From contig MU008184.1 in the NCBI GenBank assembly GCA_010909165.1, forward strand, positions 186,001 through 250,000: a DNA stretch of 64,000 nucleotides, given 5' to 3'. Each line of letters begins with the position of its first letter. Position 1 is the first letter of the stretch. Positions 11,338 through 22,500 of this stretch are shown piece after piece. The notes beneath the pieces were generated by a model. It was not told the origin of the DNA. It did no database searches and saw only the letters and a list, made by a program, of their open reading frames with translations. A program made the position numbers and the translations under genes. Origin of the DNA: Anthoceros angustus (Eukaryota; Plantae; Anthocerotophyta).

Positions 11338-14300
11338 TCACCGACTCGAGACCGTCGGGTTCTCCATGCCCAAGACTGCGTCATCCCCATCATCCTCGCC
11401 GCCCACCGATGAGGGAGTGTGGTTGAAGATGGGGACGAGGGCACTTAACTTCTCTTTGATAGCTTTTTTATCCGCCGCGTACAGATGTTTCCTAGAAGTG
11501 AGATTGAACCCATAGTACACAATGACTGTCTTATGGACAAACAACTTCTGAATGTTGGGAGGCTTCCATGCTTTTGCACCTTTGTTGGTAGGAGGTAGTT
11601 CTCTGTCCTCCTGGGTCCTAACAAAGTATTCCCCGACATACTTGCCCTCGTATGCATCTGTGCTCGGTTCGCCACCGCACTGTGAAGTAGGGGTCGGGTC
11701 ATGTGCACACTCAAGACCTTTGCAACCTGTAATGCCTCATAGAGTGTCCCCTCACAAGGTGACAATAAACATACCTTTTTATCTCCATGATGTCACCATT
11801 CATCCGCTCGACCTCTTGTTCCCGTCTTTCCACACTGTAAGCTCCAAGTACATGTCCCGTGGAGGCACGCCTCGCAATAAGGCTTCGTCCAATATAGCCT
11901 CCGAACTCGCACAGTGGTACAAGTGCATCTGCTGCAGATCTGTCATACCACTTCCACTTTTCGCATAAAGGATGTTATTGTCCACAATAGTTGCGATCTC
12001 CTCTTGATCCTCCAGTCACTCCACCACCTCCTCACCGTTAGATATGTTGAGCTTTTGCAAACCCTTCCTTAAGTGGTCTACTCCATCCTGCGAGGCTTCC
12101 ATCACTGCCTTTCTTGTCCTTGGCCTGTAGAGCTAGCAGGGTTGTAGGTCCAATCTCAGGATTTGGAATAAAAGACAAGAACTCCAGCCCATCTTCCGCT
12201 TTCCCATAACGGTGAGGTCGAATCATCGCTTTACTCCGAATAATTACTTTACCCCCGCCGACTTTTCCTCCCGCGTGATTTTGAAGGTGTTGGTATGATA
12301 GATTGTTTAGCTTGCGAACCGCAGCTTTAAACTTCCGTGCGCTTTCCCTTTTCAAAGGCCGAAAGAACGGAAGTCGGAACCTCGGTCGACCTTCACTGGT
12401 TTGGCGTGAAAGCCTTGCTCAATATATCCTATGACGGAAGAGTTTTGCCTCTTTGTGCTTCAAATGTTTGGAAAAACACGAGAACATTTGGTCCACTGGT
12501 CATGTGTGTGACCTACAAGAAGAAAGCCCACCTTCACTTTTTCAAAGTCCCCACTCCACGAGCATATTCGATAAGCAAACAGCTTGATTCTTGTTCTCCC
12601 GACATGTGTTGTCCAGTTGCAAATATAGAACCTTGGGAAGTAAGCCAACATATGTATGTATCACATCTTGGATAATGCATATGGTTAAATTAGCATCATT
12701 CCGCAAATTTAGTGAGTACACTGACTTGAACGTGTGATTGTGGATCATACATCCCACCACATGGACAGTAACACGGCAGTCTTCCTTTAGCTCCTTAGGC
12801 CATCTAAGTATATGCGGTAAGGATGTTTTTTTCTGATCCATGCCATCGATACATAACAACATGTACTTGTGAGGCTCGGTGTATCCTTTCGTTCGATGTT
12901 TTGTCAACTTCTTCCGCCTCCATAAGCTTTATGCGATGTTTGTTCAACGCGTCCCGATATATATCCGCCTTCAACCAAACATCATGTCGGTCCATCCATG
13001 AAATATAACGCCATGCGCTAACTGACCAACCAACGGAGTTCGACAACCAGAGGGGCAAAGGGGCAATAGCATGATGGCAACCCTCGGAAGGGTCATGCCC
13101 CCAACAACAACCTAGGGATCCACCCGTTGTATGGCCCAGTGCATCCAGTGTCCTTAAATCCCATCGGTAAGGGCGCGCCCGCCGCCCTCCCTACCGCCTC
13201 AATTAGGATGTGGCATGCCGCCCCAAGCTCCTTTAGGGTTTAGGTCCGCATGTTGCCGCCTCCTCCCCATTGCACACCCTCCACCATGAGGGCGCCGCAT
13301 GCCGGCGCCTCCTCCTCCCACAACACATGAGGGCGCCGGCATGCCGGCCCCAACCCCCCCCGCCCCTCCGTCAATGAGGGCATGCCGCCTTCCCTACCTC
13401 CTTTAGGGTTTAGGTCCCGCATGCCGCCTCCTCCCTCTCGCACCCTCCACCATGAGGGGCCTGCGGCCTCCTCCTCTCCCCTCCCACAACACATGAGGGC
13501 AGCATGCCGCGCCTCCTCCGAACCCCGCGCCCCCGCCTCCGTTGGCAATGAGGGCTGTGGCATGGCGCCTTCCCTACCTCCTTTAGGGTTTAGGTCCCGC
13601 ATGCCGCCTCCTCCCTCTCGCACACCCATGAGGCGCATGCCGCGCCTCCTCTCCTCCCACGGGCGCGCATGCCGCGCCCTCCTCCCACGACCCGAGGGCG
13701 GCATGCCGCCCTCCTCTCCCCACTCGATGGCGCTCGCTACCGCCTTCATCTGCAGGGGCCGAACCGCTCCTCCATAAGCTTGCGATGTTTGTTCAACGCG
13801 TCCCGATATATATCGCCTTCAACCAAACATCATGTCGTGTCCATCCATGAAATATAACGCCATGCGCTAACCAGACCAACCAACGGAGTTCGACAACGTA
13901 GAGCAAGGGCAATAGCATGATGGCAACCCTCGGAAGGGTCATGCCAACAACCTAGGGATCCACCGTTGTATGGCCCGAGATCAGTGTCCTTAAATCCCAT
14001 CGGTAAGGCGCGGCGCCGCCTCCCTACCCCTCAATTAGGATGTGGCATGCCGCGCCTCCCAAGCTCCTTTAGGGTTTAGGTTCGCATGTTGCCGCCTCCT
14101 CTCCCCATTGCACACCCCTCACCCATGAGGCGGCATCTGCTCCTCTCCCCTCCCACAACACATGAGGGCAGCATGCATCCGAACCGGCCCGCCTCCGTTT
14201 GGCAATGAGGGCTGTGGCATGCCGGCGCCCTACCTCCTTTAGGGTTTAGGTCCCGGCATCGCCGCCTCCTCTCCCCTCTGCACCTCCACCATGAGGGCGC

Positions 14301-15100
14301 CGGCATGCGCCTCCTCCTCTCCCCTCCCACGACCCCGAGGGCGCGCATGCGCGCCTCCTCCTCACGACCCTCTCCCCTCCTCTCCCCACTGGGCGTGCCT
14401 CATGCCGCCTTCATCTGCGGGCCGAACCGGTTGTGCCTCGACCAAGGTTCAACCTCCACCATCACAACGCCCACCGTTAGATATCGATGGCGTCACTTCT
14501 AACCTTTCACCTCTTTATACCATGCCGAAAAAGCGGAGCGATGAGCTTACCTTGATCCGTCTGATCCAAGGTTCAATGTTGAACTTTAGACCGCGCAAAG
14601 AGAACATGTTGAAAACCGATTGGATTTGGGTATCTTCACGCTTGAAGTTCTGCTCCCATAGTCTCGTAAAGTAAGCATACGAAATATCAGCCCTTTTGCT
14701 CCATGCCACATTTGTATTGTGTCCACACTTCTAGTTTGGTGAAAGTGTCGAAGATTGTAGACTTCAACATTAGGCCGCTCGCCAATTGCGTAAATGTTGC
14801 ATCCATCCATGCAATAGCGCCCAATGCATGAGAGGATTTCACCCGGGGCTTGGCTTGCTACAATCCCATGGTGAATTCAACGATCCGCCTTCACCTCCTC
14901 GTACCTTTCCGACCCTATGCAATACACCCTTCAAGGATTTCGTGCAACACTTGATTGGAACCGGTGCCTTGAAAGTAGACTTTGTCTTTGCCATTCAACC
15001 ATGGTCGTCTTACAAGGGTCTCTAGGAATGTCTCGCCGACCTTCCCAACCTAAGGAACCTTTGCCTCTCTTCCGAAACCTTCCTCGAAAGTCGTTGAATA
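11338..15100 (-). pseudogene. DDD/E transposase, Sola/DUF7869-like, frameshifted; large intron at ~12971-14550
   Basis: KIPKSNRFSTCSLC; LCIDGMDQKKT; LPKVLYLQLDNTCRENKNQ; FEKVKVGFLLVGHTHD; donor CAAG|GTAAGC near 14550. Confidence 0.72.
13150..14430. repeat. GC-rich GCATGC-rich minisatellite with CTTTAGGGTTTAGG units in the transposase intron; itself tandemly duplicated (~12915-13765 / 13766-14430)
   Basis: Repeated units such as GCATGCCGCCTCCTCCC; TTTAGGGTTTAGG at ~13232, 13402, 13582, 14068 and 14238. Confidence 0.85.
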
Positions 15101-15847
15101 CATACTTTGTTGCAACACGGTTTACGGAAATCCTCCGTAACCGTGTCCGCCTCGCTTCTTCAAGGAGACACCACGCCGTGTTTGCAAACGAAACGCAAGC
15201 TCGTCATAGCCGCAATGTCTCCGACATTGGCTTCGGATGATATGTACACCGCAGCCTGTGGAGGTGAACGGGAGGGTGGGGAACGCGTCGCCAAGAATAT
15301 CGTGCTCCCCGATGCACCCAAAACTCCACACGAGGCGAAAGAGACCTCTCATTGCCGTTGATGGCTCACTGAGGGCGGCATCTCCTCGCCTTCGGGCTAA
15401 GTTCCATAGCCGCATACAAGTTCAAGTTCCGAGGCGTCGGTGGCACATAGGGGTGCGAAGGTGATGAGTCCGGCACTCGAGCTGCAAGCATGTTTGCCGA
15501 ATACAAGGTGAAGCTCATCGTCATCCAGAGCGATGATTACCATTGCAAACCCGCATGCCCGTTGACGGCAGCTGTTGGAAAACATCCAACACCGCAAATT
15601 ATGAAACATGTAGCTTTTCAACAAAGAGCACTTGAATGTGGTCGCTCATCGCTCGCAAAGTTTGCAAGCGCTTACGGAAATAGATCGGATGCTCCTTTCG
15701 TCGCATGCAGGCCGCTTGAGTGCAAGACATTACAAGTATGGACAAGTTCCTCCCATCTCGCACTCGCCGATCAAGATGACACCCACGCCGAACAACGACC
15801 ATGGATACAAACTACATTGAAGGAGCAGCAATCGCTTTTAAGCTACC

Positions 15848-18800
15848 GTATCCTCATCGGTATGGGTGGAGTGGAGCATGGTGTGACGTTCACGCTCGCG
15901 AACGCGAACGAGCCACCACAACCAGAGCAACAAACAAGGAGGAGGGCAAATTAGTATGAGACATCGGAGAACAAGCTGGATGCCTTAGCGTCATATTTCC
16001 AGCATTCACGTTGGAGAAGATCTACCTATCCGTCGGATCCGACGCCGCTCATTCCGGACATAAATGTTGCGGCTTTTGCCGTTGGTATCGGAATCATTTA
16101 ATGCGCATGTAACACCACTGAAAACATGGGCACCGCTTAACGAAACCATGGCAAAGCAAGCGGTGCCGCCAATTAGGGTTCCAAAATGGACACTCAAACG
16201 CGGTGGCGATTACCGTCACCGGCTTTTTAACCCCGGCCCTGACCTTTTTAGGGCAGTTCAACCTTACCGTAATGGAGCGTCCATCACGGCCTGCACCGTG
16301 TTCACGGCTCGTGAGTTGCGCTCCACTTCCGCAAGCCGTGAACGCCGGATTGCGCCGCCCACGCCGCTTGTTCGTGATTTTTGTCAATTGCGCCGCCTGC
16401 GTGACTTCGCGCGCGCATCCGGCCTTTTGCATTGAGGGAGAACCGGGTAGTCACCGTAATCAATCCGCTGTGCAGCTATGGCAAGTGGGCGGCAAGAAGA
16501 AGGAATTGGCGTGGATCGAAGAAGAAACCGCCGCATGTAGACAAACCAAAACGTCAAGAGACCAAAAGGGAAGAAGGCGAGCCACGAAAGGAGCTGCGTG
16601 GAGTGGATGCACACCAAAGTTCGAGCCGACCGGTGTTCCAATTCGAGCACATTCTTCAAAGGTAACGAGTCGCCTGACAGAGGCTGCCCCCGAACTCTCG
16701 TGATCCCGCTGGTCGGCAAAGGTGAGCACAACGAAGGAGCGGTCGCTTTTCCGGAAGCTACCTCTGTATCCTCATCGGTATGGGTGGAGTGGAGCATGGT
16801 GTGTGACGTTCACGTCTCGCGAACGCGAACGCGAACGAGCCACCACAACCGGGAGCAACAAACAAGGAGGGCAAATTAGTATGAGACATCGGAGAACAAG
16901 CGGATGCCTTAGCGTCATATTTCCAGCATTCCTTGGAGAAGATCTACCTATCAAGTCGGATCCGGCCGCGTCATTCTTTGTGACATAAATGTTGCTTTTG
17001 CCGTTGGTATCGGAATCATTTAATGGTACGCAACACCGCACAGAAAACATGGGCACCGTTTCGTAAAACCATGGCAAAGCAAGCGGGTGCCGTCAATTAG
17101 GGTTCCAAAATGGACACCATCAACGCGGTGGCGATTATCTGCGGCTTTTTAACCCCGCCCCGACCTTTTAGGGCTTCAACCTTACCGTAATGGGCGTCCA
17201 TCACGGCCTACACCGTGTTCACGGAGTTGCGCTCCACTTCCGCCGTGAACGCCGGATTGCGCTCGTCACGCCCGTGTGATTTTTGTCAATTGCGCCGCCC
17301 GTTCGTGACTTCGTGCGGTGCGCGCGCATCACCTCCTTTTGCATTGAGGAGGCGGGTAGTCAATCAGCTGGCGCCGCAGCTATGGCGGGCGGAAGAAGGA
17401 ATTGGCGGGCGGAAGAAGAAACCCGCATGTAGACAAACCAAAACGTCAAGAGACCAAAAGGGAAGAAGGCGGGCACGCAAAGGAGCCGTGCGTGGAGTGG
17501 ATGCACACCAAAGTTCGAGCCGACCGGTGTTCCAATTCGAGCATTCTTCAAAGGTAACGAGTGCCCGATGTGCGGCCTGAACTCTCGGATCCGGTCGGCA
17601 AAGGTGAGCACAACGAAGGAGCAGGAGGCGGGAGGGAAATCGAGATGGCCAAGTCACAAAGCCGCCATGGATTCTAATCCTCACCTTTTACGCTTGAGGA
17701 GACTGTTCAATTGCGCAGACACACTAACCAGATTGATGAGACAATTCTCCGGGAGAAGGACTGGCTTGTGACACAGAGCGCAGAGCCTGAAGAAGACAAT
17801 GTGGTGTGGACACCCATGCTGAAATTGTGGATTTATGGCCACAATGGTGCTTTGCCGAATCAGAGAGCCAGGGCTGGGTATGTGGTCTGGGCAACTTTGA
17901 TAGAAGCGGACGGAGATCCGGATATTCAGCTCCTGGTGACTTCAAAGCCTTATGGGTTTGAAGCTTTGCCGATGGTCGGAAGATTACGGTGTTCGTGTTG
18001 AGCATAGCAGCTTGCACAAGAAAAGTGCGAGCCACGGTCTCTTAAATTCGGAAGCTCTTGATAGGATTGTAAGTGTGTGTCTTTGGAAGTCATTGATTTT
18101 GAAGTTTTGGAACATCATTGCATCCACTTAACACTTTTCGGCACTTCTAACACTTGGGCAGAATGCAAGGAATTTTTATCGATGCTTATGTGAGGTGATT
18201 ACAAGTTCTATCATCAATCACCGTCGGGAGATGTCTTTTAGAAGGACCAGGGGTGGGCTATCTGACTATGAATTGGAAGGAGATGAGGACGAGGCAGAGT
18301 ATGGACCCTCAGGTGAAGAGGATGGCCCTATACCGGAGCCGCTACGTATGATGAAAATGCCTGAGGAGGACGGTGATAATGATTGAGGACAGAATGGAAT
18401 TTGCTTCCATAATGCAGGGCATCCATGCTGGTGCCCACTATTCCTTCCAATCCATGAGGACATGGGTCGCAGAAGGCGGGGAATTGCCCGCGGTGGGAGC
18501 ATGGTGTGTGGCGTTCACGTCGCGGGCGAACGAGCCACCACAACCAGAGCAACAAACAAGGAGGAGGGCAAATTAGTATGAGACATCGGAGAACAAGCTG
18601 GATGCCTTAGCGTCTATTTCCAGCATTCACTGGAGAAGATCTACCTATCAAGTCGGATCCGGCCGCGTCATTTCTGGCGGACATAAATGTTGCGGCTTTT
18701 GCCGTTTGGTATCGGAATCATTTAATGCGCACGACCCGGAAAACATGGGCACCGTTTAAACCATGGCAAAGCAAGCGGTGCAATTAGGGTTCAAAATGGA

Positions 18801-20190
18801 CACTCAACGCGGTGGCGATTACTCTGGCTTTTTAACGCCCGACCTTTTAGGCGTTCAACCTTACCGTAATGGGCGTCCATCACGGCCTACACCGTGTTCA
18901 CGAGCCGTTGCGCTCCACTTCCGCAAGCCGTGAACGCCGCCGGATTGCGCTCGTCACGCCGCTTGTTCGTGATTTTTGTCAATTGCGCCGTTCGACTTCG
19001 TGCGGTGCGCGCGCATCCCGCCTCCTTTTGCATTGAGGGAGAACCGGGTAGTCACCGTAATCAAGCTGCCCTGCGCAGCTATGGCAAGTGGGCGGCGCGG
19101 AAGAAGGAATTGGCGGGCGAAGAAGAAACCCCGCATGTAGACAAACCAAAACGCCAAGAGACCAAAAGGGAAGAAGGCAGCGACCGCAAAAGCCGTCGTG
19201 GAGTGGATGCACACCAAAGTTCGAGCCGACCGGTGTTCCAATTCGAGCACATTCTTCAAAGGTAACGAGTGCCGCATGAGGCGCGGCCCGAACTCTCAGG
19301 ATCCGCGGGTCGGCAAAGGTGAGCACAACGAAGGGAGCAGGGGCAGGAGGGAAATCAGAGATGGCCAAGTCACAAAAGCCAGCTGCCGCGGATTCTAATC
19401 CTTCACCTTTTACGTTTGAGGAGACTGTTCAATTGCGCAGACACACTAACCAGATTGATGAGACAATTCTCCGGGAGAAGGACTGGCTTGTGACACAGAG
19501 CGCAGAGCCTGAAGAAGACAATGTGGTGTGGACACCCATGCTGAAATTGTGGATTTATGGCCACAATGGTGCTCTGCCGAATCGAGAGCTGGGTATGTGG
19601 TCCGGGCAACTTTGATAGAAGGAGATCCGGATATTCTCTGGTGACTTCAAAGCCTTATGGGTTTGAAGCTTTGCGATGGGGTCGGAAGATTACAGTGTGT
19701 TCTGTTGAGCATAGCAGCTTGCAGAAAAGTGCGAGCCACGGAATCTCTTAAATTCCGGAAGCTCTTGACCGAGGATTGTAAGTGTGTGTGTCTTTGGAAG
19801 TCATTGATTTTGAAGTTTTGGAACATCATTGCATCCACTTAACACTTTTGGCACTTCTAACGCTTGGGCGTAATGCAAGGAATTTTTATCGATGCTTATG
19901 TGAGGTGATTACAAGTTCTATCATCAATCACCGTCGGAGATGTCTTTTAGAAGGACGGTGGGCTATCGACTATGAATGGAAGGAGATGAGGGGCGAGGCA
20001 GTATGGACCCTCGGTGAAGAGGATGGCCCTATCGGGCTGCTTGGACGGATGGCGAAATGTCGGAGGAGGACGGTGATACGCGGAGGCGACATGGAATTTG
20101 CTTCCATAATGCAGGGCATCCAGTGCCCACTATTCCTTCCAATCCGGATGAGGACATGGGTCGCAGAAGGCGGGGAATTACTGCTGCGGG
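15848..20190. repeat. Two- to three-fold tandem duplication (~15848-16740, 16768-18492, 18496-20190) inside the transposon
   Basis: GAGCATGGTGTG...GGTGAGCACAACGAAG occurs three times; block 17640-18490 is repeated at 19360-20190. Confidence 0.88.
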
Positions 20191-20249
20191 GAGCACATGG
20201 AGTTGGGTACCCTGCATCGGTTTATATGTGGTATGAAGGCATGGAGGAG

Positions 20250-20690
20250 AGGAAGGGCGCCGCGCCGCGCCTTCGGCACAACCGCCGCAGAAGGCGGCAT
20301 CCAAGTACTATGGGATGTGCGGAGGGCGCCGGCATGCGCGCCAGCCTGGGGAGGGCGCCGGCATGGAGGGAGGCGCCGGCATGCCGCGCCCGCTGGGGGA
20401 CGAGAGGGAGGGCTGCATGCCGCGCCCGGTGGGAGAGGGCGCGGCCGCGCCCTGGCCTTGGGACGAGGAGGGCGCCGCATGCGCGCCTCCGGCCTTGGGA
20501 AGAGGGCCGGCATGCCGCGCCCCCGCCTTGGGAGAGAGGCGCCGCATGCGCCTCGCCTGGGGAGGAGGGCGCCGCATGCCGGCGCCCGCCAGCCTTGGGA
20601 CAGAGGCGCGCCGCGCCTGCCTTGGGAGAGGGAGGCGCCGCATGCCGCGCCCGGCCTTGGGACAGAGGAGGCGCGCATGCCGCGCCCGTG
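20250..20690. repeat. GC-rich GCATGC minisatellite in a probable intron of the cargo gene
   Basis: Repeated GGCGCCGCATGCCGCGCCC...CCTTGGGA units. Confidence 0.85.
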
Positions 20691-21396
20691 ATGGATGAGT
20701 GGAGGCGATCGGAAGTAGTGGAAGCGCAAACGGAGTTCGACATATGCACCGGGTTTGGGGCAGGTCAACAAATGTGGAGCCCAAAGAGATTTGAGAAGGA
20801 AGAAAGGCAAGACAGAGTGACAAGAACGACATCCCGACTATGCATGTCGCGATCGACGGGAGAGGCTGGAGGCCTCCATTCGTGATGAAGATTATTTGCG
20901 GAATATCGAGAGGCGATACGAAGAAAGTGGTTCCAAAGCTTCTTCCGAAATTAGAGAATTTAAGGCTGCATCCTTTCTTTCTCCGGATGCATGATTCGGA
21001 TTGTGGATGAAGCTTGGACCAACCACCGCTCGAGTCATTTCAAAGGTAGAGTGGAGGAAGGTGTGCCTCTACTATGCATGATTGACCCATGGAGTGCTGA
21101 CATTCAATCTATAGATCGGAATAAGTTTAGAGCCAAGAAGTATGTCATGGGAGTGCTCGTGGCAATCACACCTATGCGCCGATGAAGCATCCGCATATAT
21201 CTCCATCAAGGCCGATACCAATGGATGGAAGCCCATGTGTATTGTGGGCTCACTTTACGAGATGAGGGTTCCGCCACGACCACAACACCATGTCCGACAA
21301 ACGGAAGATGAATTTCATTGAGCAAGTAAGGTACTTGAGATGAGTTGCATTGCAAAGAGAGATGGTGTCAATATGAGCATGAACTGGAAGTTCAAC

Positions 21397-22500
21397 CTAT
21401 AAGGTGCTAGGCTTGATAGATGATGATGAGGCCGAGAGGATGAGTGACAAGCAAAACAAGGTCGACAATCGCACACATATCCTTTACATCGCCAAACTGG
21501 AAGGGAGAGTGTGGGAAAATGTTGATAAGATCTTCACGAAGTGGGAGGCCATGGAGCTCGTAACAAGCCAAACATGTTGCGCAGGAACAAGCAAGAAAAG
21601 CAAGGGAAACTAAGACCGCAGATGAGGCGAAGTCGGTGGACCAAAGTTTGTGAAGCCAAAAGACATGCAAGGAAGCCTTGGCGAAGTTTTCGTGGTATTC
21701 CACCGGGTGAGACCAAAAATGTTGATCGTGTCACCGAGAAGGTCGACAGTCTCATAGACCTCAATGGTATGGCCAAAAGAGATCACTCTTCTGAAGAAAC
21801 TACATGTGATCCAAGTGGCTATGGCAAGCATCTAGGCTGCAATTCATTCGAGATGGTGAGGAAGGAGTACCCGGCACTCAACGGATGAAGTCATTGCCGA
21901 TTTCGCACCGTCAAGGGAAGGTGAGTTTCCGTCTACCAAGATAGAACTATAAGGTGCTAGGCTTGATAGATGATGATGAGGCCGGAGAGGATGAGCAAGC
22001 AAAACAAGGTCGACAATCGCACATATCCTTTGCATCGCCAAAGCGGAAGGGAGAGTGTGGGAAAATGTTGATAAGATCTTCACGAAGTGGGAGGCCATGG
22101 AGTTGCGAACAAGCCAAACATGTTCTGCGAGAACAAGCAAGAAAAGCAAGGGAAGCGGAAGGCTGCGGATGGAGTCGGTGGACCAAAGTTTGTGAAGCCA
22201 AAAGACATGCAAGGAAGCCTTGGCGAAGTTTTCGGTATTCCACCGGGTGAGGCGGCCAAAAATGTTGATCGTGTCACCGAGAAGGTCTGACAGTCTCATA
22301 GACCTCAATGGTATGGCCAAAAGAGATCACTCTTGGAAGAAACTACATGTGATCCAAGTGGCTATGGCGAAGCATCTAGGCTGCAATTCATTCGAGATGG
22401 TGAGGAAGGAGTACCGGTGCACTCAACGGATGAAGTCATTGCAGTTCGGACCGCTTCGAAGGGAAGGTGAGTTTCTTGTTCTTACCAAGATAGAACTATA
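21397..22500. repeat. ~550 bp tandem duplication within the cargo gene
   Basis: CTATAAGGTGCTAGGCTTGATAGATG at ~21397 and ~21947. Confidence 0.9.

Noticed and set aside
13240-20885. Long Arg/Gly/Pro/Ala-rich ORFs at 13240-13777 and 20178-20885
   Set aside because: By-products of stop-poor GC-rich minisatellites.
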